The position numbers and the translations under genes were made by a program. DNA of 45,961 bases, taken from Desulfobacteraceae bacterium (GTDB lineage Bacteria > Desulfobacterota > DSM-4660 > Desulfatiglandales > HGW-15). The notes beneath the pieces were generated by a model. It was not told where the DNA came from. It did not search any database and saw only the letters and a program-made list of their open reading frames with translations. Location of the stretch: NCBI GenBank assembly GCA_050115555.1, contig JASFQI010000002.1, forward strand, positions 1-45,961. The letters are read 5' to 3'. Position 1 is the stretch's first letter. Each line of letters opens with the position of its first letter. Below are positions 8,379 through 14,995 of the stretch, in pieces.

Positions 8379-8705
8379 ATGTTTCAGGTCACTGACAAAG
8401 CAGACACCATGATCAAGGATTTTCTGAAGGACAAAGAGGAGATACCCGGTATTCGAATTTTTCTCGCTCAAGGTGGTTGAGCCGGGCCCTCATTGGGCAT
8501 GGCTCTGGACGAGCCTAAAGACGATGATCAGGTGTTCGAGATGAACGATATCACGTACATCATCAACCAGGACCTCTTTAACCAGGTTAAGCCGATCAAT
8601 GTGGATTTCGTAGAGAGCGCCATGGGATCGGGATTCGCGATTCAGTCCAATCTGAACGCGGGAGGTGGATGCGGAAGCAGTTGCGGATCGTCCTGTAGTT
8701 GCTGA
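8379..8705 (+). CDS. IscA/HesB-family (A-type Fe-S carrier-like) selenoprotein, UGA at 8478-8480 read as Sec34
   Basis: ATG 8379 sits 5 nt after GGAGG (8369-8373). The product is MFQVTDKADTMIKDFLKDKEEIPGIRIFLAQGG-U-AGPSLGMALDEP...GSGFAIQSNLNAGGGCGSSCGSSCSC. The TGA replaces the conserved first Cys of the GGC[SA]G motif. A hairpin follows the TGA. The track only lists the 3' part (8493..8705). Confidence 0.8.
8479..8515 (+). promoter_or_regulatory. SECIS-like hairpin(s) directly downstream of the in-frame UGA
   Basis: GAGCC/GGCUC (8479-8483/8501-8505) continues through G.U and a G.A mismatch into GCCC/GGGC with loop UCAUU. An alternative hairpin is GGCUC-UGGAC-GAGCC at 8501-8515. Confidence 0.55.
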
Positions 8706-8723
8706 TTCGAAGATAAAATCCTC

Positions 8724-8762
8724 AGCCTTTCGCCCCTGAGGAAGGGGCGAAAGGCTTTTTTT
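8724..8762 (+). terminator. Rho-independent terminator of the selenoprotein gene
   Basis: 13-bp stem AGCCUUUCGCCCC / GGGGCGAAAGGCU with a 7-nt loop, followed by a run of 7 T. Confidence 0.85.
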
Positions 8763-8942
8763 CGCGCCCGTGCCTCGGGCCCGCCACATCCCCGCCTCCT
8801 GCCTAAAGGGACCACAGTCCCTGTCTCACCGCAATCTCCCCGGATTGCGGGTTTACACGCAAACGGGATTCGAGTATCTAGAGAGAGATGCTCTTGCGGG
8901 CGGGAAACGCCCTTGTTGCCAAAGCGTAACGTGGAGGCACTC

Positions 8943-9602
8943 ATGATACGAGAAAACGTACAGCAGATCTTCGAAGAACTTCCTTCCAGTGTCGAGCTTG
9001 TGGCGGCCGCCAAGACCCGCACGGCCGAAGAGGTCCTTGAAGCCGTGGATGCGGGGCTTCGAATCGTGGGCATGAACTACATTCAGGAAGCCGAGGCCCT
9101 TTTTGAGAAGGTGGGCCACCGTGTGGCATGGCACATGATCGGTCATCTTCAGAGGAACAAGGCCAAAAAGGCTGTGGGCATGTTCGACATGATCGAGACC
9201 GTGGACACCGTACGCCTTGCCCGAGAGATCGACAAGCAGTGCGAAAAGATCGACAAGGTCATGCCGGTGCTTGTGGAGATCAACAGCGGGGAGGAAGATC
9301 AGAAGGCCGGTGTCCTGCCTGACGACGCGATCCCGCTCGTGAAGGAAATCGCCGGGATGAACCACGTGAAGGTGAGGGGTCTCATGACCATGGGGCCGTT
9401 TACCGGGGACCCGGAGGACGCGAGGCCGTACTTTCAGAAGACCCGTGCACTCTTCGAAAAGCTCCGGGGCCTGAACATTCCCGGGGTGGAGATGCAGGTC
9501 CTTTCCATGGGGATGTCCAACTCCTACCGCGTGGCCATCGAGGAGGGCGCGACCCTGGTGCGCATCGGCACGAAGATATTCGGTGAACGCGTCTACGCGT
9601 AG
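8943..9602 (+). CDS. yggS: YggS-family pyridoxal-phosphate homeostasis protein
   Basis: ATG 8943 sits 5 nt after GGAGG (8933-8937). The track start 8913 is a TTG upstream of the RBS. Has LVAAAKTRT (PLP lysine), HMIGHLQRNK and MGMSNSY motifs. Confidence 0.85.
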   Translation: MIRENVQQIFEELPSSVELVAAAKTRTAEEVLEAVDAGLRIVGMNYIQEAEALFEKVGHRVAWHMIGHLQRNKAKKAVGMFDMIETVDTVRLAREIDKQCEKIDKVMPVLVEINSGEEDQKAGVLPDDAIPLVKEIAGMNHVKVRGLMTMGPFTGDPEDARPYFQKTRALFEKLRGLNIPGVEMQVLSMGMSNSYRVAIEEGATLVRIGTKIFGERVYA

Positions 9603-9659
9603 CCCCCGAAAACGGGTGACCCCTCGGAACTCCTCCGGGAAAAAGCGAGCAAGCACAGC

Positions 9660-10379
9660 GTGGGATACGCGGCCAAAGAGATGCGGCGGATGGCGGGCAA
9701 GGCCATTCACAGCCGGAATATGATCGAGGAAGGCGACCGCATCCTGGTCGCCGTCTCCGGGGGCAAGGACAGCCTTTCCGTGCTGTGGCTTCTCAGGGAA
9801 CGCATTCGACGGATTCCCATCGACTACACGCTCACCGCCGTTCATGTGGACCCTGGTTTTGGGACCAATTCGGCGGACCAAATGGCCGCCTTTTTCGAGG
9901 AGAACGGATTCGACTTCCGCGTGATCCGCAGCGACTGCGGACCCCGAGCCCATGGACCGGAAAACCTGGAAAACCCGTGTTTCCTGTGCTCGCGCCTGAG
10001 AAGAAAGGCCCTGTTCGAGACTGCGGCCGAGCTCGAATGCAACAAGATCGCGTTCGGGCACCACAAGGACGACGTCATCGAGACCCTGTTCCTGAACCTC
10101 TTCTACGGCGCATCCATCAGCACCATGAATCCGGTTCAGACGTTCTTCGACGGAAGGATCACGGTGATTCGGCCCCTCTACCTGCTCGATGAATCCGTGA
10201 TTGCGCGGTATGCGCGGGACATGGGGTGGCCCCGGGTCGATCTGGGGTGCCCGACGGCCGGATCGAGCAAGCGCCGGGAGATAAAGGACATGCTCGAGCG
10301 TATCTACCGGAAGAACCGCAAGGTCAAGGGAAACATCTTCCACGCGCTCCAGAACGTGCGGGAGGAGTACCTGCCGTAA
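9660..10379 (+). CDS. ttcA: PP-loop ATPase, tRNA 2-thiocytidine synthase TtcA family
   Basis: Has the SGGKDS PP-loop, CFLCSRLRR and GHHKDD motifs. The start is ambiguous (GTG 9660 or ATG 9681). Confidence 0.72.
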   Translation: MGYAAKEMRRMAGKAIHSRNMIEEGDRILVAVSGGKDSLSVLWLLRERIRRIPIDYTLTAVHVDPGFGTNSADQMAAFFEENGFDFRVIRSDCGPRAHGPENLENPCFLCSRLRRKALFETAAELECNKIAFGHHKDDVIETLFLNLFYGASISTMNPVQTFFDGRITVIRPLYLLDESVIARYARDMGWPRVDLGCPTAGSSKRREIKDMLERIYRKNRKVKGNIFHALQNVREEYLP

Positions 10380-10383
10380 TGTC

Positions 10384-12408
10384 CTATTGCCCGCCTTGCT
10401 GTTCCTTCAGCACGGCGTGCGCTTCCTCCACTACACGGTCGGCCGTGATGCCGAACTTCTCGAAGAGCACTCCCGAAGGCGCGGATGCGCCGAAGTGATC
10501 GATGCCGATCACCCGTCCCCGGTCCCCGGTGAAGCGGTGCCACCCCTGCGTGGCCCCTGCCTCCACGGCCACACGTGCCGTGATTCGGCGCGGGAGTACC
10601 TCATCTCGGTACGATTCGGTCTGGGCGTCGAAGAGCTCCCAGGAGGGCATGCTCACCACGCGCGCATGTTTCCCCTCCTGCTCGAGCCGATCGGCGGCGT
10701 CCAGGGCGATGTGCACCTCGGAGCCCGTGGCGATCAGAAGGACATCGGGCTCGCCGCCCGCGGCTTCCCGCAACACATACCCCCCGAGATGGAGCTTGTC
10801 CGCGGGCGCGTGGACCTTCCGATCGAGCGTGGGCAGGCCCTGCCGCGTGAGGATGAGCGCAGTGGGGCCGTCCTTTCTTCCGAGAGCGGCACGCCACGCT
10901 TCGGCGGTTTCATTCGCATCGCACGGCCGAATGACCCGAAGTCCCGGAATGGATCGAAGGCCGGCGAGCTGCTCCACGGGCTGGTGCGTGGGCCCGTCCT
11001 CGCCCAGGCCGATGCTGTCGTGGGTCAGGATGTAGATCACCCGGAGCCCCATCATGGAGGCGAGCCGAATGGGGGGGCGCATGTAGTCCGTGAAGATCAG
11101 GAAAGTCCCACCGTAGGGGATCAGGCCGCCGTGAAGGGCCATGCCGTTCATCACCGCACCCATGCCGTGCTCCCGCACGCCGAAATGGATGTTTCGGCCC
11201 TCGTAGGATTCACCTTGGAAGACCGGCTCACCCTGGACCACGGTCTTGTTGGATGGGGAAAGGTCGGCGGAACCGCCTATCAGGTTGGGAAGCAGGGGGG
11301 CAATGGCATTGAGCACCTTGCCGGAGGCCGCCCGTGTGGCAGGTCCCTTGGGTTCCGTTTCAAAGACCGGAAGGACGCTGTCCAGGTTCGAGGGGAGCTC
11401 CCCCTGTATCCACTGGTCCCACATATCGGCCATGTCCTGAAAGGCGTTTCGATAACGCTCCATTTGCTCGTCCCAGGCCTTGCTCCAGTCCCGGCCGCGG
11501 GCCACGGCCTGGCGGAAGCGTGCGCTCACCTCTTCCGGGACATGAAACGCGGGCTCCACGGGCCAGCCCAGGGCTTCCTTGGTGCGGAGGATCTCCTCCT
11601 CTCCCAGAGGTTCACCGTGAGCCGATGACCGATCCTGTTTGTTGGGGCTTCCAAAACCGATGTGCGTATGCAGGGCAATGAACGAGGGCCTGCCCTCCTC
11701 CTCTTTGGCGGCCTGAATGGCATTCTCCACGGCATCCAGGTCGTTCCCGTCCTCCACGTGCAGCACGTGCCAGCCATAGGCCCGAAATCGTTCCTCCCGA
11801 TCCTCTGTAAAGGCCAGGTCCGTGCTGCCGTCGATGGAAATGTGGTTGTCGTCGTAAAGGCAGATGAGCCTGCCCAGTTTCAGATGCCCGGCCCAGGAAG
11901 CCGCCTCGTGGCTGATCCCCTCCATGAGATCGCCGTCCCCGGCCAGGACGTACGTGTAGTGGTCCACGATTTCGTGATCAGGGCGGTTGAACCGGGCGGC
12001 GAGAAAGCGTTCGGCCATGGCCATGCCCACGGCGTTGGCAAGGCCCTGCCCCAGGGGGCCGGTGGTGGTCTCCACACCGGGTGTGTGACCGTACTCGGGG
12101 TGCCCCGGCGTGCGGCTGCCCCACTGCCGGAAGTTTTTGAGGTCGTCCAGGGAGAGATCGTACCCTGTGAGGTGGAGGAGGCTGTAGATGAGCATGGATC
12201 CGTGACCTGCCGACAGGATGAACCGATCGCGGTCCGGCCAGTCGGGACGGCTCGGGTCGTGCTTCAGGAAACGGGTCCACAGGACGTACGCGGGGGCGGC
12301 GCATCCCATGGGAAGCCCGGGATGCCCGGAGTGGGCCTTTTCCACGCCGTCCGCTGAGAGCGTGCGGATCGTATTGATGCACAGGGCGTCCAGGTCGGTC
12401 TTCATCAC
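10384..12408 (-). CDS. tkt: Transketolase
   Basis: 674 aa. Has SGHPG, the GDGDLMEG ThDP motif and [16 protein letters not shown]. Convergent with ttcA, with only 4 nt between the stops. Confidence 0.95.
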   Translation of the reverse strand: MMKTDLDALCINTIRTLSADGVEKAHSGHPGLPMGCAAPAYVLWTRFLKHDPSRPDWPDRDRFILSAGHGSMLIYSLLHLTGYDLSLDDLKNFRQWGSRTPGHPEYGHTPGVETTTGPLGQGLANAVGMAMAERFLAARFNRPDHEIVDHYTYVLAGDGDLMEGISHEAASWAGHLKLGRLICLYDDNHISIDGSTDLAFTEDREERFRAYGWHVLHVEDGNDLDAVENAIQAAKEEEGRPSFIALHTHIGFGSPNKQDRSSAHGEPLGEEEILRTKEALGWPVEPAFHVPEEVSARFRQAVARGRDWSKAWDEQMERYRNAFQDMADMWDQWIQGELPSNLDSVLPVFETEPKGPATRAASGKVLNAIAPLLPNLIGGSADLSPSNKTVVQGEPVFQGESYEGRNIHFGVREHGMGAVMNGMALHGGLIPYGGTFLIFTDYMRPPIRLASMMGLRVIYILTHDSIGLGEDGPTHQPVEQLAGLRSIPGLRVIRPCDANETAEAWRAALGRKDGPTALILTRQGLPTLDRKVHAPADKLHLGGYVLREAAGGEPDVLLIATGSEVHIALDAADRLEQEGKHARVVSMPSWELFDAQTESYRDEVLPRRITARVAVEAGATQGWHRFTGDRGRVIGIDHFGASAPSGVLFEKFGITADRVVEEAHAVLKEQQGGQ

Positions 12409-12459
12409 ATCCTCCCCTATTGTAAGTCAAATGGCTTCGGTCGATGTTGACGCGTGCGT

Positions 12460-12487
12460 ACTTTATCGTATCTGGAAAGGGTGTCAA
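12460..12487 (-). promoter_or_regulatory. Candidate sigma-70 promoter for tkt
   Basis: On the minus strand: TTGACA (12487-12482), 16-nt spacer, TAAAGT (12465-12460), about 50 nt upstream of the tkt ATG. Confidence 0.35.
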
Positions 12488-12560
12488 GGCGGTTCCCGGT
12501 CTCACTGCAGAGACGCTGTGGATTCCATGTTTCTCTTGCTTGAGCCCGACGGAAAGGCAT

Positions 12561-12612
12561 GTGAAGGTGAAGGTTTGAGAAATGTGTATGTGAAGGTGTT
12601 GGTGTAAGTATT
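12561..12612 (+). repeat. GGTG-rich low-complexity island containing a dispersed 21-mer
   Basis: Sequence gtgaag gtgaag gt ... gtgtatgtgaaggtgttggtg (12584-12604). The 21-mer is the reverse complement of 38955-38975 at 20/21 positions. Confidence 0.75.
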
Positions 12613-12792
12613 TGAAAAGGCATCTGGTCTCCGGGGTGGCAGGGGGATCGTTCCTGAACTCCCGGGCCGGTCTTCGCAACGGACTTGCCCGCGGGGGAAG
12701 CCGCCCCCTCCCTGTTCCATCCCGCCGGGTACAGCGTCCCACCAAACAAACGCCTGCGCTATTCGTAACGTTTTCTCCTTCACCCTTGCACC

Positions 12793-12829
12793 TGTCCGGC
12801 GGGGACTGGCCAGGGGGTCCCCCACGGAC
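12793..12829 (+). other. Stable bipartite hairpin in the gene-free region
   Basis: TGTCCG-GC-GGGGAC-(UGGCCAGGG)-GUCCCC-CA-CGGACA, i.e. 6+6 bp with a symmetric 2x2 internal loop. It is immediately followed by a 12-bp helix with a 1-nt bulge, 12831-12842 / 12883-12895. Confidence 0.5.
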
Positions 12830-13235
12830 AAGCCCGGCGAAGACGAGGCCCTTCCGCAAAGTCACGATCCCTCCTCCCACCCCTTCGCCCGGGCTCCTAT
12901 GGGAAAACCGAGGGAATCTTGGGGTGTCATGGCATAGACCTCGTAAGAATAGCAGCGCATTGAAATTTCGAGCAAAAGACCCACTCTGGTTTTGTAAGCC
13001 CCGATGGGGAACCTAGTTCCGTGGGGCGAGGGGCGTGGGGCTCTCTCCTGGAGAAGCGATCCCGGAGATCGGACATCGACGCGATGCGCAGGGATTCCGC
13101 ACCCATACCGTTCCGATGCGATGAAAACGAAGAAGAACCCGAACGCTCGTTGTAAGAGGTTTTCGGAGAGTCGAGGCGGCTCGCCGGCGGAGGAGTCCGG
13201 GGTTTCTGGAGCGGACATCAGCGTGAGGCATTCGC

Positions 13236-13405
13236 CATTCCGGGCGGTTACGTCTGGGGGAAAACGCGGCCATCCGCCGCCCGGAAAAGGTTTGACGGGA
13301 TGACGAAAAGGACCATTTGGAGAGATCCCGGTTTATGACGGGTGCCTGCGGCGGGGGTGGAACGCGGAGGGGGCAGGAATCCCTCGGACGTAACCGCCCG
13401 GAATG
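13236..13405 (+). ncRNA. Candidate structured RNA or long imperfect palindromic element (function unknown)
   Basis: 13236-13261 pairs with 13380-13405 over 26 consecutive positions (24 Watson-Crick + 2 G.U, the latter valid only on the + strand). Nested helices: 13270-13280/13348-13360 (11 bp, 2-nt bulge) and 13296-13301/13325-13330. No credible ORF. Confidence 0.35.
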
Positions 13406-13481
13406 ACCAGGCCGGGAGCGCAGGGAGCGGAAGAAATCCCCCGGCCTCCGGAGCCTAAGTACCATCCTTTAAAATTCCGGT

Positions 13482-13511
13482 AGCGATCCCGATTTCGATT
13501 TGGATGATCCC
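13482..13511 (+). repeat. Third copy of the CGAT-hexamer array (NNCGAT x4)
   Basis: agcgat cccgat ttcgat ttggat gatccc. It matches 22066-22092 at all but about 3 of 27 positions. It lies 35 nt upstream of the -35 box at 13546. Confidence 0.65.
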
Positions 13512-13545
13512 AGCCCATGCGCGCAACGGAAAATCGAGGAGGTTC

Positions 13546-13574
13546 TTGTTAGTGGGCAGGTGAGTGATTATATT
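13546..13574 (+). promoter_or_regulatory. Candidate sigma-70 promoter
   Basis: TTGTTA (13546-13551), 17-nt spacer, TATATT (13569-13574). It is followed by the RBS AAGGAGG (13606-13612) and ATG 13619. Confidence 0.5.
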
Positions 13575-13618
13575 CATTTCGTTGGAGATTTCGGTGAAAT
13601 CAAGGCAAGGAGGCGTAT

Positions 13619-14005
13619 ATGGCACAGGCGGCCGAGAAGATCGATGCGATGCGAAAGGTGAGGCTTCGCATGGAGGTGGTTCAGGAAGGACAAGGGAAGG
13701 TGGATTGTGTGCGCGGGCCCAGGGAGTACGCGTTCGTGTTCGGGGTGGGAAGCGGCGGTCTCTCGCCCCTGGAGATGGCGATCCAGGGCAAAGCCGACGG
13801 GGATGAGATGTTCTTCAGCGTGCCGGAGGAGGGATGGGAGGCGTTTTTCGAGCACCTCCCCATTCCGGAGCCGGGTTTGCTGGATTTAAAAGCGAACGAA
13901 CGCCTTCGGCTCACCGTGGAGAGCGTGGTGCATGCAGATCAGCGGGAAATCGTGCAGGCCATGGCGGAAGGGGCGGCCTGCGGATCGGACTGCTGCGGCC
14001 ATTGA
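13619..14005 (+). CDS. SlyD-like FKBP-fold protein lacking the insert-in-flap domain, with Cys-rich C-terminal tail
   Basis: 128 aa. FVFGVGSGGLSPLEMAIQGKADGDEMFFSVPEEGW resembles the SlyD YLHGHGSLISGLETALEGHEVGDKF block. LRLTVESVVHADQREIVQAMAEG resembles the last FKBP strand and helix. The tail is ACGSDCCGH. The assignment is from memory of SlyD sequences. Confidence 0.45.
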   Translation: MAQAAEKIDAMRKVRLRMEVVQEGQGKVDCVRGPREYAFVFGVGSGGLSPLEMAIQGKADGDEMFFSVPEEGWEAFFEHLPIPEPGLLDLKANERLRLTVESVVHADQREIVQAMAEGAACGSDCCGH

Positions 14006-14044
14006 CCGAAAAGCCTGCCTTGTTAAAGAGGTTGCGCCGTTTGA

Positions 14045-14995
14045 CTACGCGTCTCCGTGGGCCTTCATGAGCTCGTAAAGCCGGACGACGGCCTGTTGGG
14101 TCTGGGGGTCGGTGGGTTCGGCGTCGGACGCCTCGAGCACGCCTGCGCGAGCCAGGGCAGCCCGAATGCGTGCCGATGGGTGATCGGCGTACGTTCCTCG
14201 AAGGGCCTCCAGGTAGCGGCCCCGCTCCAAGATCTGCTGTAAGCGGTCCGGGTATCCGGGCTGATCGCCGGTCGGCTCCAGGGAAGCGGCTGTCACTTTA
14301 CCCCATGTCGCGGGAGCCAGGTTCGCCCCTGGGGAGAGGACCCCGTGGCGGCTCGGGTGGGAGAGGAACGAGGCTTCATCCCCGTCGTACATGCGGAAGT
14401 CGTTTCGGAAGCGGGTTGCCTTGCGGTAATTCCGGGCGCGCTCCAGGGGCCCCCGAAAAAACACACCCTGAACCTCCTGGACGTGCGCGATCTCTTTCAG
14501 GATACCCGTCCGAATGTTGGCCCGCTTCAAAGGCCGGGCTCCCTGCTTGACCCGCTCCGGATCGTTCATAAGGAGGATGGGCCTGCGAACGGATTCGGCA
14601 AGCTCTCGATAGTGCTGCGGCAGGCCCCGGTTGCTGTGGTAGAGGAGCGGCATGTCCACCCAGGCGACAGGACCATGGTGATCCCGGGCCTGAAGAAGGG
14701 CCTCCAGTTCCTTCACCGAATCGATGGTTTCCTCTGTACTTTCCCCCGTGATCCAGACCATCAAAGGGGTTCGGCCGTTTCCGTGATCCAGCGCGGTTTC
14801 GAGCATTTCGGCCCGTTGCGCCTGTCCCAGGGAAACTCCATCGCCGGCGCCGGGCCCGCAGAGCAGGATCCCCTGGACGTGGGGCGCAATGCGGTCCAGG
14901 AGAAGCTGAACTCCGCGCCTGTCGATGCCGCCGCTCGGCTCGAGGGGTGTGATCAGGTCAATGATCAGGCCTCGGGGGACCGTTGAAACCGCCAT
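14045..14995 (-). CDS. Divergent dihydrodipicolinate synthase / N-acetylneuraminate lyase superfamily protein
   Basis: About 316 aa from ATG 14995 (the track start 15019 is a TTG). It has the TIM-barrel class I aldolase layout, with GILKEIAH as the candidate Schiff-base lysine region. The GTTGE and YN.P signatures are degenerate. Confidence 0.5.
   Translation of the reverse strand: MAVSTVPRGLIIDLITPLEPSGGIDRRGVQLLLDRIAPHVQGILLCGPGAGDGVSLGQAQRAEMLETALDHGNGRTPLMVWITGESTEETIDSVKELEALLQARDHHGPVAWVDMPLLYHSNRGLPQHYRELAESVRRPILLMNDPERVKQGARPLKRANIRTGILKEIAHVQEVQGVFFRGPLERARNYRKATRFRNDFRMYDGDEASFLSHPSRHGVLSPGANLAPATWGKVTAASLEPTGDQPGYPDRLQQILERGRYLEALRGTYADHPSARIRAALARAGVLEASDAEPTDPQTQQAVVRLYELMKAHGDA

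Noticed and set aside
8493-8705. A stand-alone 70-aa gene as given by the ORF track
   Set aside because: It is the C-terminal two thirds of an IscA/HesB-type protein. The missing N-terminal strand, with its own ATG and RBS, is in frame upstream of a TGA that replaces the conserved Cys. See the selenoprotein call.
13189-13336. RNase P RNA. GGAGGAGUCCGGGG (13189-13202) and GAGAUCCCGGUUUAU (13322-13336) resemble the two P4 strands (GAGGAAAGUCCGGGC / ACAGAACCCGGCUUAU).
   Set aside because: The two strands are only ~130 nt apart instead of ~290. The universally conserved A residues of the 5' strand are changed. No P1-P3, P10-12 or P15 equivalents are visible. This is probably chance similarity.
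12612-13465. Track ORFs 12612..13016 (+), 12862..13218 (-) and 13013..13465 (-) as genes
   Set aside because: They overlap one another, are rich in Arg/Pro/Ser/Gly, have no RBS or family resemblance, and coincide with long self-complementary segments.
13444-13485. c-di-GMP-I (GEMM) riboswitch. GCCUCCGGAGCCUAAGUACCAU...UUCCGGUAGCG resembles the second hairpin of known GEMM-I RNAs.
   Set aside because: The ligand-binding core motifs (GGCAAAC... and ACGCAAAGC) and the first GNRA-capped hairpin are absent upstream. The predicted promoter of the next gene lies downstream of this segment.
14003-14026. Selenocysteine read-through of the TGA stop of the Cys-rich-tail protein (would add UPKSLPC). Likewise read-through of the TGA at 8703, which is in frame with yggS.
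   Set aside because: There is no convincing hairpin after 14005. At 8703 a strong terminator follows, and the open frame to yggS crosses promoter-like and hairpin sequence. Both are most simply ordinary stops.
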